Shown in pieces: positions 14,868-29,097 of a DNA stretch of 64,000 nt. A program made the position numbers and the translations under genes. The stretch is from Malacoraja senta (Eukaryota): contig CM075989.1 in assembly GCA_038087875.1 (NCBI GenBank), positions 1,302,001-1,366,000 on the forward strand, in the 5' to 3' direction. Position 1 is the stretch's first letter; the number at the start of each line of letters is the position of its first letter. The notes below the pieces were generated by a model that worked only from the letters and a program-made list of their open reading frames with translations, was not told where the DNA came from and did not search any database.

Positions 14868-17544
14868 AACCCCTGTCTCACGGTGTGAGTCGACCCACGA
14901 GTGACCCCGAGTTTGAAACAAATTTAACTCGTGGTAATCACGTACAATTAACGTAGCGGGAACGTCGGAACTCGTGGACGCAACTTAGCGACTCGTGGCG
15001 CTAACGGCAGGTACGCGGGAAACTTGTTAATTCTTGAAAAATTTCAAACATGTTTAAAGATTTCCACGAGTCAAATTTACTGTTGAAGTTAAAAATTGAA
15101 ACATTTAAACTCGTTGTAAGAACATAGTAGCCCGTGAGTTTACCTTAGTGACTCGTGAGTCTACCGTGGGAACTCTTTAACTCAGCGGACAGGCAGCATC
15201 TCTGGAGAGAAGGAATGGGTGACGGGATGACGTTTCCAAAATTCTACTGCGTCTTTGTGTTACTCCAGCACCGTGTGTTCACATTTTGCAAACCAGCATC
15301 TGCCCTTTCTTGTGTATGACATTATTTGTATCCGTGGCAGTTGATTGTCGCTCCCTTCAGTTTCCCAGGGGGACGGGATGGGACTGGTTGGGAGGGAAAT
15401 GTGGGGGGGTGGGGGGTGGAGGGGAGGGGAGGGGGGGGGGGTTGGGGTGACTTAGTATGGGAGACAAGTGTACTGACTGTGTGGGCAGACACTTTGGTAG
15501 TGATTGCCCATGGGGTTCACTGGTGAGGACTTCATAATGCAGGGAGCATTATAAACAGTGGAGTGATTAACCCTGGAAAGGGGGGAGACTTCTCTCTGAG
15601 TTGGACCCAGGAAACTGAAGCAGGAATTTTCTTGAGGTTATTAACGGCAGATAAATGGATGGGAAGGGTTTAGAGGGCTATGGGCCACATGCAGGCAAAT
15701 AGGACTACCCCAAGACGCCAACTTGGACGGCACGGCCAAGCTGAGCCGAAGGACCTGTTTCCGTGTTCCCAGTCTCAGCTCCTGTTCTACCGAGCGTGTG
15801 GACGTGGACGGGTGGCTTGGTTGGCGGCGGCCCATGGTGTGGCAGAGCCGGCGTGCCCGCTGACTCCCATCCCCCCCCGGTCCGGGGCCACGCTGGGAGA
15901 GAGCCCCCGAGCACCTGCCCCGGGGCGACTGGCACTGACCTGCTGGCGTCGCCGACGTGAAGACGGTGTGAAGCCCCCGCGCCCCGGTGCAATGGGCGGG
16001 GAGCTGCAGAGGGGAGGGAAGGGGTCACACACATGGCCGGGAAGCAGAGGGGTGGGGGTGGGGTGGCGACAGACAGGGCCAACAAAGAGATGGAGAAAGA
16101 CAGCTGTGCAAAGGAGACCTACAATAGTGCATGATCTCTCTCGCGTTATGGCGGGTGATTGTCGCCTGCCCGCAGTTTCTGATGCTAAAGCCTTGGGATC
16201 GTTGCCCTTCGTGTTGGCATGGAGGGGGAGGGGGGTATTGTGCTGTTTGATCGCCCCCTGCTATCCCAGGGACAGGGAGACACAGCGGCTTTTGAGACTG
16301 GTGGGCAATCACTACCAAAGTGTCTGCCCACACAGTCAGTACACCTCTCCCACACTTGTCTCCCGTACTAAGTCACCCCCCCTCCCTCTCCCCTCCCCCC
16401 CCCCACCTTTCCCTCCCGTACTAAGTCACCCCCCCCACTCTCCCCTCCACCCCCCCACCTTTCCCTCCCAACTCCAGTCCCGTCCCGACCCCCTGGGAAA
16501 CTGAAGGGAGCGACAATCAACTGCCACGGATACAAATAATGTCATACACGAGAAAGGGCAGATGCTGGTTGACAAAAAGTGAACACACAGTGCTGGAGTA
16601 ACACAAAGACGCAGCAGAATTTTGGAAACGTCATCCCGTCACCCATTCCTTCTCTCCAGAGGGGCTGCCTGTCCGCTGAGTGACCATACTGAGGGAATTC
16701 CCACGTATATGAAGCAGAGAGAAACGTGAGTTCTACACGGCTCTGCCCGACTTTTGAGAATGGATTCGGTGGTTTGTACCCACTCCCCCTCCCTGCCCAC
16801 CCACCCACCCACCCACCAAGCCAGCCAGCCGGACCCCTCCTCGTTACAGCAGCGGAAGAGACATTTCCAAGAGAATGGAGCAGAGAGCTGGGGCAGGGCT
16901 GGGATGGGAGCAGGGCAGATGAGGCACACCAAAGGAACAAACAAGTTGATGGCTGCAAGGGGCAGGCGACAGAGTTGTTGTGCCCTAGCCTGGTAGACCG
17001 CTCTTCCCCCTGCTAATGCACACACAGAAAGAGGGAGATGAGAGCAGAGAATGATCCCAGCCTAGTTCTGGCACTGGACGGTGCGCATTTTCACTTTGTA
17101 GGTCATATCAATTGACGCAGCCGCGCTGAATTCTATCCTTAACTCAAAGCCGCAGGATGGAGCTGTCTTATTTAACACTGTTGCTTCACCGCCACCCCCT
17201 CCTTGTTGCACAATGGCAGCGAGTGCGGGGCCGAGATCCTGCCTAGTTTTTTTAAGTTCTGAAATTGAATAACTTTCCATACTGAATCAGAATATTCTCA
17301 CTGTATGAGATGCTGTCCAGCTCTTCTATTTGATGCTTAAAACAGGCCTTCATTCATGGTTGGCTCAAGAGTAACTCGGGAGAGGAACTTGGAACATCGC
17401 AGAAATGAGAAGTAAACGACAAACTTAGTCATACCCATGGGAACTCGGTTAAACTCTTGATCATAAACTTGGAATCTCGTACACAACCACGAGTCTTTCA
17501 CTCGGGGTCACTCGTGGGTCAACTCGCACTGTGAGACAGGGCCA
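14868..17544. mobile_element. PIF/Harbinger-type non-autonomous element containing a large internal inverted repeat
   Basis: TIRs ccctgtctcacggtgtgagtcgacccacgagtgaccccgagt / actcggggtcactcgtgggtcaactcgcactgtgagacaggg, with taa on both flanks. Confidence 0.8.
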
Positions 17545-18011
17545 TAAGCCTTTCCGATCCATGTACCTAAATGATGTTATTGTACCTGCCTAAACGACTT
17601 CCACTAGCATCGCATTCCTTATACCCAACACCCTGTTTAAAAAGTGACCCTCGGATCCTATTACATCTTTCTCCTCTCACCTTCAACCTATGTCTTATGA
17701 TTCTTGAATTTCCCTACTCTGGGTAAAAGACATTCAACCTATTGATTTTATACAACTCTGTAAAATTACCCCTTAGTCTCCATGTTTCCAAGTAATAAAG
17801 CTGCCCAGTCGCTTCCTATAGCTCAGGCCCTCGAGTCCTGGCAACATTGTTGTAGATCTTGTCTACATTTGTTTCAGCTTAAAGACATCCTTCCAATAGT
17901 AAGGTGCCCAAAATCGAACACAATTCTGCAATTACTGACTCACCAACATCTTGTACAACTGTTACATAATAATCCAACTTCTATACTCAATCTATAATAA
18001 AAAGGAACCGC

Positions 18012-20125
18012 AAATGCATTTAAAGACTGCATGGATGAACTACAACGATTGTTCATCCCAGTTTGGCAAAAGAATAAATCAGGGAAGGTAGTGCATCCGT
18101 GGATAACAAGGAAAATCAGGGATAGTGTCAAAACAAAAGATGATGCGTACAAATCAGTCAGAAAAAGCAGCATACCAGGGGACTGGGAGAAATTCAGAAT
18201 CCAGCAGAGGAGGACAAAGGGCTTAATTAGGAAAGGGAAATTAGATTATGAAAGAAAACTGGCAGGGAACATAAAAACTGACTGCAAAAGTTTTTATAGA
18301 TATGTGAAGAGAAAAAGATTAATTAAAACAAATGTAGGTCCCTTGCAGTCAGAAACAGACAAATTGATCATGGGGAACAAGGACATGGCAGACCAATTCA
18401 ATAACTACTTTGGTTCTGCCTTCACTAAGGAAGACATAAATAATCTGCCGGAAATAGCAGGGGACCGGGGGTCAAATGAGATGGAGGAACTGAGTGAAAT
18501 CCAGGTTAGTCGGGAAGTGGTGTTAGGTAAATTGAATGGATTAAAGTCTGATAAATCCCCAGGGCCAGATACGTTGAATCCCAGAGTACGTAAGGAAGTA
18601 GTCCCAGAAATAGTGGATGCATTAGTGATAATTTTTCAAAACTCTTTAGATTCTGGAGTAGTTCCTGAGGATTGGAGGGTAGCTAATGTAACCCAACTTT
18701 TTAAAAAGGGAGGGAGAGAGAAAACAGGGAATTACAGACCAGTTAGTCTAACATCGGTAGTGGGGAAAATGCTAGAGTCCGTTATTAAAGATGGGATAGC
18801 AGCACATTTGGAAAGTGGTGAATTCATTGGACAAAGTCAGCATGGATTTACGAAAGGTAAATCATGTCTGACGAATCTTATAGAATTTTTCGAGGATGTA
18901 ACTAGTAGAGTGGATAAGGGAGAACCAGTGGATGTGTTATATCTGGACTTTCAGAAGGCTTTTGACAAGGTCCCACTTAAGAGATTAGTATGCAAACTTA
19001 AAGCACACGGTATTGGGGGTTCAGTATTGATGTGGATAGAGAACTGGCTGGCAGACAGGAAGCAAAGAGTAGGAGTAAACGGGTCCTTTTCACAATGGCA
19101 GGCAGTGACTAGTGGGGTACCGCAAGGCTCAGTGCTGGGACCCCAGCTAATTACAATATATATTAATGAACTGGATGAGGGAATTGAATGCAACATCTCC
19201 AAGTTTGCGGATGACACAAAGCTGGGAGGCAGTGTTAGCTGTGAGGAGGATGCTAGGAGTCTGCAAGGTGATTTGGATAGGTTGGGTGAGTGGGCAAATG
19301 CATGGCAGATGCAGTATAATGTGGATACATGTAAGGTTATCCACTTTTGTGGCAAAAACAGGAAAGTAGACTATTATCTGAATGGTGGCCGATTAGGAAA
19401 AGGGGAGATGCAGCGAGACCTGGGTGTCATGGTACACCAGTCATTGAAAGTAGGCATGCAGGTGCAGCAGGCAGTGAAGAAAGCAAATTATATTTTAGCA
19501 TTCATAGCAAAAGGATTTGAGTATAGGAGCAGGGAGGTTCTACTGCAGTTGTACAGGGTCTTGGTGAGACCACACCTGGAGTATTGCGTACAGGTTTGGT
19601 CTCCTAATCTGAGGAAAGACATTCTTGCCATAGAGGGAGTACAGAGAAGGTTCACCAGACTGATTCCTTGGATGGCAGGACTTTCATATGAAGAAAGATT
19701 GGATAGACTCGGCTTGTACTCGCTAGAATTTAGAAGATTGAGGGGGGATCTTATAGAAACTTATAAAATTCTTAAGGGGTTGGACAGGCTAGATGCAGGA
19801 AGATTATTCCTGATGTTGGGGAAGTCCAGAACAAGAGGTCACAGTTTAAGGATAAGGGGGAAGTCTTTTAGCACCGAGATGAGAAAATCATTTTTTACAC
19901 AGAGAGTGGTGAATCTGTGGAATTCTCTGCCACAGAAGGTAGTTGGCTATATTTAAGAGGGAGTTAGATGTGGCCCTTGTGGCTAAAGGTATCAGGGGGT
20001 TTGGAGAGAAGGCAGGTACAGGATACTGATTTGGATGATCAGCCATGATCATATTGAATGGCGGTGCAGGCTCGAAGGGCCGAATGGCCCACTCCTGCAC
20101 CTATTTTCTCTGTTTCTATGTTTCT
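18012..20125 (+). mobile_element. CR1 LINE, 5'-truncated, with an uninterrupted 641-aa RT-containing ORF
   Basis: ORF 18031..19956. Highly similar to 11350-13420. Confidence 0.95.
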
Positions 20126-22267
20126 AAATGCTGCTTTATACCAAAGATAGATTCAAAATGCTGGAGTAAATCAGCGGGTCAGGCAGCTTCTCTGGAGAAA
20201 ATGGGCAAGCGACGTTTCGGGTCTGAAGAATTGTTCAGACCCAAAACATTTTCTGTCCATTAACTCCAGAGATTCTCCCGCTGAGTTGCTCCAGCATTTT
20301 GCATTTATTTTCTGTACTCAATACCTTGACTGATGCAGGCCAATGTATTAAAAGCATTGTTGACCACCCTGTCTACCTTTGACATCACTGTCAGGAAACT
20401 GGACACTTTACTCCTAGAGCCCTGTACTCTACAATTTCCCTGGGGCCCTGCATTCACTGTGAAGGTCCTGCCTTGGTTTGACTTCCCAAATGGCTACAGC
20501 TCACACATATCTGTATGTAACTGCATTAGCCATTCTTCAGCCCCCTTATCCAGCTGATCAAGATCCTGCTAGAATTGGTGTTAACCTTCGTCATTGTCTA
20601 CACCTACTTTAGTGTAATCCTAACTTTATTTACTAATCATGCCTTGTACATTCTCATCTAAATCCTTAATATAAACCACAGACAGCAATGGGCCCTATTG
20701 CTCAATCAGGTTCATGAGACACGATCTCCCATGTACTAAACCATGCTATCACTATTTGGCCTCTGTCTATCCAATTCCATATATATCTTATCCTGCAGAA
20801 TCCTCTCTGATACCTCATCCACCACAGATGTTAGGCTCACTGGTCTTAAGTAGAAGCACATCATTAGCCACCCACCAGTCTCTCGGCACCTCACCCGTAT
20901 CTAACAATGATTCCTTTATCTCTGTCAGGGCTCCTGCAATTCCATCTCTAACTTCCCACAGTGTCCTCGGGTATATCTGATCAGGCCCAGAAGATTTATC
21001 TACCTTCATATCTTAGAACATCCAGCACCTCCCTGACAGTAACAAGACTGTACTCAAAACATCCCAAATATGTACAGGTTTGTAGGCTAATTGGCCACCA
21101 TAAATTGCCCTTAGTGTGTTGGATGTGAAAGTGGGATGACCTAGACCCAGTGTGAATGGATGATCGATGGTCGGTATGGACTGAGTGGGCTGAAGGGCCT
21201 GTTTCCCTGCTGTATCTTTCAATCAATTAACCAATCAAAGAGATTCTGGATGCAGGGTTGAATAAATTCCTCTTTTTGGCAGATTGGCATGGGCCACTCC
21301 TTGCCCTGACACCATGGCTCCGAGCTCAGTACCTCGTACGTTTGAATATCACCATTCACTCTTCTAAATTCTGGAGAATGGAGGCCCATTTTTCTCAATC
21401 TTCCCACTTAAGGGAACTCCTTCATCCCGGTGATCAATCCCATGGTCTTTTACATCACTGCTGGACAGAGGGCTCCACTTATGCTAGTTCTAGAGGAGCA
21501 GAAGGTGATTAGGAAGGGAGTTGGTCTGTTGATCTCGATTGTGAGGGAGCTGGAGGACACAAACAAGGAAGTCTTGCTGGGATTAACAAGGGTTAGAATT
21601 AGAATTTGGTTAGGAGGGAGAGATAGATCAACCATGATTGAATGGCAGAGTAGACTTGATGGACCGAATGACCTTATGTTTATATATGATTATATATGAT
21701 TATATAGTTAGTTGCTGAAATGTCTTATCGAATTAGATTGAAGTTTTGATACAATGGATCAGTTGTTCATTGGTGTTTTATTGCCACATGTACATGTACA
21801 GTAAAATTCCTTTCCTCCATGTGATAGAGTAAAAATCTAACTAACTATAGGCACAATCATACTTACATACAAGAGTGTAGGATTCATAGTTCACACAGAG
21901 AGTACACAAGAGTTGCCATGTTGTACACCAATGTGTATACTTCAATTTCAGAGTTGTTCAAAATGTAGAGTCTTAACTTGGCCATCAAGTCCTGTTGTCG
22001 TGATGATGGCGTTTGGTGGGAGTTGCAGGGATCGGCAATGTTGTCGATATCCTCCACCACTTCTCCGCAAAGGTCGCGTCCGATCCAGGCGCTAGGCCTC
22101 TTAGGAGTGGTGCCTGATCTAATCGAACCCCAGGGCACCTCCCTCAGCCAACCTCAGAACACCCAGAACACCTCTGAGGGTGTGGGAGGTGAGCAACACA
22201 GCCTCCTTCCACCACTGCTGCTTCCGAGAAGGACGTATAGAAACCTTGCAATCAACACTTCATACAT

Positions 22268-22625
22268 TCATTTTTTTTTATTTCAAAATGGACTGTATTC
22301 GAGAAATAAATATATACAATACATGATCCTTACAAAACTCCATCCGACATTCTCGGAGGCTATACATACATTCAAAACTGTTTACACAAATTACACAATT
22401 TTACCCCACACCTTTGCCACTCATGTGACCCACTGGCATGGAATCCCTTCCCTTATTTTTGACGGGCGTCTCCACCATACCCTGCCCCCCATGTCCAGCA
22501 GTGGAAGGACCCTAGACTGTGGTCCTCCCCCACAGAGCCTTGGTGTTGGCTGCACCAAGCTTCAGTGCATCCCACAGCACGTACTCCTGTAGTCGGCAAC
22601 ATTCCCCGACGGACACCCCGCTCCG
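22268..22625 (-). mobile_element. L1/Tx1-clade LINE 3' end with poly(A)
   Basis: Minus strand reads QEYVLWDALKLGAANTKALWGRTTV*, then a UTR and an A-tail (T-run at about 22271-22279). Confidence 0.65.
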
Positions 22626-24540
22626 CTGGGAGGTCGCCATGACAATGAACCCTGTTATGGGGCATTGTCCTGTGAAGAGCAATTAAGTAGAACTGGCCGT
22701 TTATCAGAGTGGAAGACTCACAGTTTGGAGAGGTTTGGTTCTGAGAGGCCACTTTCTTCACCTGGAGACTGGAACCAGGGATAAGGTCTCAGGTTGAAGG
22801 GAGAAGGTTATTTGGACAAAATGTTACAAGTCTTTGGACATCCCTGGTGCAGGGAGCTGTCGATGCTGTGGACAATTTCAGGGCTGGAGCGGTAGTAGAT
22901 TGACTCTCAGGGAATTGGACGATATGGGATGGTACAACAGAGGGGTTTAGATTTTAGTTTTTTTTTAGTTTTTGAGATATAGTGTGAATTATTACAAACG
23001 TCAATTGACTTCCAAACCCGCACGTCTTTGGAAAGTTGGAGGAAACTGGAACACCTGGAGAAAACCCACACGGTCACGGGAAGAACGTAAAACTCCACAC
23101 AGACAGCACACGTAGTCCAGATCGAATCTGGGTCTCTGCTGTTGTACGGCAGCGCCACCATGTTGCCTTTCTTGAGGCAGCGGGTCTGCAGGTGTGAGAG
23201 GCAGAGTGAGACCATGGGGCTGTATCATTTACTCTTGCTCCCATCCATTCTGATCTGACTTTGGGAAGATGTTGGATTGCTTCAGTGGTTAAATTAAAAT
23301 AAGGTGTCCCATCCCAATTCCAGCTCCCACCGGCCTTGAAATGCTGACCAGCCACAGGTTTAATGGGCTGAATGGTCGACTTCAGACAGATCTGAAGAAG
23401 GGTCCCAACCCAGAGCATCACCTCCATTTTCTCCAGAGATGCTGCCTGACCTGCTGAGTTATTCCAGCATTTTGTGTCCATCTTTGATACCAACCAGCAT
23501 CTGCAGTTCAGGGTAGCACGGTGGAGCAGCGGTAGAGTTGCTGCCTTACAGAGCTGGAGACCCAGGTTCAATCCTGATAAAGGGTGCTGTCTGTATGGAG
23601 TTTTATATTCTCCCTGTGACCTGCGTGGGTTTCCTCCTGGAGCTCCGATATCTCCCTACATTCCAAAGACATGTGAGTTTGTAGGTTAAATGGCTTCTGT
23701 AAATTGAATATTGTCCCTGGTGCGTAGGATGGTGCTGGAGTATGGAGTTATCATTGGTAGGCACCGATCCGGTGGGGCCTGTTTCCACGCTGTATCTCTA
23801 AAGCCTAAAGTGTAAAGTTCCTTTTTATTCCACGATTCCTGTATTACATTATCAGAGAGATGGGACATAAGGGGTCTAGCTGCAGTGACCCAGTTAGAGT
23901 TCCCCAGGGAAGCTACAGGTCTCTACACATGTCCAATAATATTTGTGTAAAAAGAGTTTGTGCTCAAATGTTAAAGGTCTAGATCCTTGTTGACACCCTT
24001 GCATGGCCCTCGTTACTGCCAGCTATATCACCTGGTCTCATTCAGCAAAAGGCAACAAGCAACAAGGCCCAGAAAGCCTTCTGGTCAAAGGGTTATGATG
24101 CACTCCTGCCGTTGCCTGCTGTGTTCCCTTATGTCTGTGTTAATCCAGGCCTTTGCACAGTTTCCACATGTTGCAAGTAAATCCGTTTGGTTATGGTCGA
24201 AATCTGTGAAACGGCTGCTTGATTCATGGGCATTAATTCAGCACGGAAACATGTTTGAAGGAGTGAGGCCAGACCACATTCACCAATTCCTGGGTTCTCA
24301 ATATTGGAAGCACATGGTTTAAATGTGGCATAATCTGGAGGACAACCTGGTTTAATAGTTTCGTTTATTGGCACATGTAGTACCAATGAACAGTGAAAAG
24401 ATTTTTGTTGCATTCTATTCAGTCAGCGGAAAGACTATACATCGAGCCGTCGACCAGATAGAGTTTTTAAAAAGTGGAGAGATGGTAATGAATGTTTGCA
24501 GATCGCCTCCGGTGACCATCACGCAGAGAGACGCAGGGCT

Positions 24541-24869
<329 letters not shown>

Positions 24870-25657
24870 CCATTGGACACATTAATAGTGACAATTTTAT
24901 TGTAAACACCATTTGTGTTCTTCGTTTGAAACAGCAAGAACTTGCTAAATGTTCCAAAGTTGTGATTTTTTTGGTACGTAAGTTTGAACAATGTACAAAC
25001 TTTCAGTCAGAACGGTTAATGACTTATTTGCTGAGGACCCAACATTCCATCCCCCAAATGGAAATCTGGATTTTTATATTCTGGACAGTTTTGAGTTGGA
25101 ATCCAATTTAATCCCATTTGGATTAAAGATTTTGATGTTCAACAAAGAGCCTGTTCATTAATTAAGCATTTCAGAAACTCTACACTTCAGTAACTGGCTA
25201 TCCACAAAGACAGAAAAATAAGGAAACTTCAATGAACTTGAATCGGAGCCAGAACTAATTATTAATTCCAGAAATCGCCACCGATGCATATTCTTACACA
25301 AGCACGGGACAATATGAATGTTGTCACAAGAAACTTGAGCTCAACATGTGCTGGAGTAACTCAGCGGGTCAGGCAGCATCCATGGACAGGCAACGTTTTG
25401 GCTGATTGTAGTTGATGGGAGAGTGGGATAAAAATTGCCTATCCATTCCCTCCACAGTGACTGCCTTATCTGCCAGTTACTCCAGCACTTTGTGTTCTGC
25501 AAAATGAATCCTGTGTTTTTTTTATACAAAAAGCAAGTTTGGGAATGTTTGAGTAATTACTGGAACCAGGGAGCTGGACAGATGATGGAGTTTCTGCCTC
25601 ACAGTGCCAGAGACGCAGGTTCAATCCTGATCTCGGGTGCCATCTTTGTCGAATTTG

Positions 25658-26546
25658 ATTAGATTAGATTAGATTAGATTAGATTCCTTTATTGTCATTC
25701 AGACCTTTCGGTCTGAACGAAATTATGTTGCCTGCAGTCATACACAGAACCAATAATAACAACATACAATAAACACAAATTAAACATCCACCACAGTGAG
25801 TTCACCAAGCACATCCTCACTGTGATGGAGGCAAAGTCTTAGTCTCCGTCTCTTCCCTCCTTGTTCTCACTCTGCGCTGAGGCGATCGATCCAGGCCGAA
25901 GATGCCGCCCTCCAGTCCAGCGGACCTCCGTGGTGATGTCGCCGCCGCCGAAAGCCGGAACGCCGTCTCCGCTCCGAGACGGCCCGCCACAGCATCAGCT
26001 CTGGGCCGCCGCCCCAGCTCCAGGCCGCTGCCCCAGCTCCGGGTCCCGTAGTCTCCGCTCCGGGCCGCCGCCCCAGCTCCGGGTCCCACAGTCTCCGCTC
26101 CAGGTCCCGCAGTCTCCGCTCCAGGCCGCCGCTCCAGCTCCGGGTCCCGCAGTCTCCGCTCCGGACCCCGCTGCATCAGCTCCAGGCCGCCGCCGAAAGC
26201 CAGAACGCCGCACCAGCAAGTCGGGCCACCGCTGCCTCAGCCCCGAAGACGGCCAGCCTCTCGTTGGTAAGTCTTGGCTGGCTCTGCCTCCGTAGCCTCG
26301 GGGTCAGTCGCAGGTTGGAGGCCGCCAGCTCTGCCATTAGGCCTCAGCGCAGACGGAGGCTGAGAAGGGGGATACGACACGAACAAGTCGCATTCCCCCA
26401 AAGGAAGAGACAGAGGACATGTTTCACGCCCCCTAAAACAACCCAACAAACTAAAACTTAACCAAAACAAGACAAAAAAAACAACAGAAAAAAAGTAAAG
26501 ACAGACGGACTGCAGGCGAGCCGCAGCTGTTAACAGCGCCGCCACT
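25658..26546 (-). mobile_element. Non-autonomous retroposon with a (TCTAA)n tail and an internal GC-rich minisatellite, inserted in a SINE
   Basis: attag repeats at 25658-25685 and tandem ccagctccgggtcccgcagtctccgct units at about 25975-26200. The SINE is contiguous on both sides. A related copy lies at about 45645-46420. Confidence 0.6.
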
Positions 26547-26834
26547 TGCACGTCCTCCCTGTGACTGCATGGTTTTCCTCCAGGTGCTCCAGTTTCCTCC
26601 CACATCCCGAAGACATGTGGGCTTGTAGGTTAATTAACCCTCTGCAAATTGCCCTAAGTTTGTAGTGAATGGATGTGAAAGTGGGATAACAGAACTGATG
26701 TGAACAGGTGATCAGCATGGACTCTGTTTTCATGCAGTATCTTTCAAGCAAGAGATCTCTGAGGCTCTGTCTTTGAAGAGAAACGTTCAGAACTTACAGC
26801 TATATTTTCAGCAACAAGGAATACAACTTGGACT

Positions 26835-27738
26835 CCTGCCACCTGCAGAGGTTTTTGGATGACGCTGCAATTGTGGGCTGCATCAGTGAGGGGAGGGAAG
26901 CTGATAGAGTGGTGTAGTCAATGACTTTGTTGAGTGGTGTGGACCGAATCACCTGCAGCTCAACACTGATAAGACTAAGGAGTTAGTGGTGGAATTTAGG
27001 AGGAGAGGAACACCCCTGTCCCCTGTCTCCATCAAGGGTGCGGGTGTGCAGTTTACCAGGGAGTTCAAACACCTGGGAGTGTACCTGGACAGTAAACTGG
27101 ACTGGTCCAGGAATGCTGAGGCACTGTACAAGAAGGGACAGAGCCGTCTCTACTTTCTGAGGAGGCTCCGCTCTTTCAATGTCTGCTGTAAGATGCTGCA
27201 GATGTTCTACCAATAGGTGGTGGCCAGTGCCATCTTCTTCGCTGTGGTGTGCTGGGGCAGCAGGGGGAAGGCCGTGGACACCAATAGAATTAACAAGCTC
27301 ATCACGAAGGCTGGCTCCGTCCTGGGGCCGGAGTTGGATTTACTAGAGATGGTTTTGGACGGGAGGATGCTCCTCAAACTGTGGAGCATCTTAGACAATA
27401 CAGCTCACCCCCTCCATGACACACTGGTCAACCTGAGGAGTACCAGCAACAGACTGGTTCCACCAAGATGCAGCACAGAACGCCACAGGAGATCCTTCTT
27501 CCCTGTGGCTATCAAACTGTACAACTCCTCCCCCTTCTGTTGTGGGGTAGACTGACTCCCGTCCCCTCCCCCCAATATTTGCACATCTCCAATCCTGGAC
27601 TTTCTACTCATCTCTTTAATTTCATGTTTCATGTATCTGGTTGTGTTTTATGACTGTTGGCAGACCAATATCCCTCGTGGGATAAATAAAGTTCTATCGT
27701 ATCATATTATATCATATCATATCATATCGTATCGTATT
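26835..27738 (+). mobile_element. Rex1/Babar-like LINE 3' fragment
   Basis: FLDDAAIVGCI, HLQLNTDKTKELVV, KKGQSRLYFLRRLRSF, HPLH. Tail aataaagttc(tatcg/tatca)n. Confidence 0.8.
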
Positions 27739-28542
27739 GTGATCATATAAAGCCTGAATTTCCATAACCCAGGGCACACACAGAGCATGAAACAGCGGAG
27801 ATGACCTTGCCCACTAGCGTAGCTGAGACCCACACACCGTCAGCTGCCAAGCCCACCAACATTTTTTTAAAAATGCGCATGCCTTGGAACACAGAAATTG
27901 TTGAAAATAATTTAAAAATCAATAATCCAATAATACATGGAAATTCTTGAAAATTTAAATTGTCGTACTTCAAAAATGCTTAAACTTTTTTAAAATTCGT
28001 GTTTGTGTTCGAACTCGCTTGAAATAATGTGAATGTACTAAACCAGCTTTTTCCCTCATGACCATTGCTGTCTATTAAAGCAGAGAGATGAGTGTGGAGT
28101 TGGCATGAAATGCTGGGTGATTCTGGGAATTGAGACTGAGGAAAGCTTCAGTCTATAAAGGTGGAAGTTTTGGACAATACAGGGACCATGGACAGCAATG
28201 TGCTGCTCCAGAATAGTCCTCATCTGGAACTTGAGCAAAGCTAAAGAGACCCACCTTTGTTCCACCATGCTATTGGAAGATGGATGGATTCTACCTCTGT
28301 TTGTCTGTGTTTGATCCAAATGTTTCAATGGACCCAACTTCCACAGTCTCCTGGTGAGAGAGTTTCGGATTCCTTTAACTATGCACAGCTCCCGGATTTT
28401 ATTCCTGAATGGCCTAACTATTGTTTACATATAGTACCCCCAGCTCTGGATAGTCCAGCATTTGTTATCCATTTGAACCTACATGTACACCTTGATTTAT
28501 GATTGTTCGTATCAAGAATTCAATTGAGTCAAATCTAATCTT

Positions 28543-28710
28543 CACAAAATGCTGGAGTAACTCAGCAGACAGGCAGCATCTCTGGAGAGTAGGAATGGGT
28601 GATGTTTTGGGTCGAGACGTCAGATTGAAGAAGGGTCTCATCCCGAAACGTCACCCATTCCTTCTTTCCAGAGATGCTGCCTGTCCCGCTGAGTTACACC
28701 AGCAGTTTGT
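28543..28710. repeat. Fold-back (palindromic) Penelope-derived short element with a hammerhead-like core
   Basis: Arms gctggagtaactcagc...gggtgatgttttggg / cccgaaacgtcaccc...gctgagttacaccagc. Similar copies at about 8640-8830, 20135-20310, 25345-25505 and 45135-45275. Confidence 0.7.
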
Positions 28711-29097
28711 GTCTATGTTTGGTGTAAACCAGCATCTGCAGTTCCTTCCTACACTAATCTTCACACTCAGGTTAACTTCATATTCTTTAATCCCACAAAG
28801 ATCACAATAATCTAGATAATCTTCCCCAGCAATATTAACTTTCTCCCCCTCACCGTTGATAAGTTGAGGTCAATATTCAATGAGCTTTTTACTGATCTCC
28901 AGGCTTATAGGGGATGACAGAGAAAGAGGTTGAGGTTGGTTGAAGAATAGCATATTGCAGTTAAAAAGCATAGACCCAGTGACCATGGATGGACAATGTT
29001 GAAGCGCCAGTGAGTGAGATAAGATCAGGGTTGGAACTGGCTAATCAGACCAGACGACCTTCAGAAGAGGAAAAGGCTTATGACTGGGTTGGGCATG

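Noticed and set aside
15680..16504. 274-aa ORF inside the Harbinger-type element
   Set aside because: No transposase or Myb/SANT motifs. GC-rich sequence running into an inverted-repeat arm.
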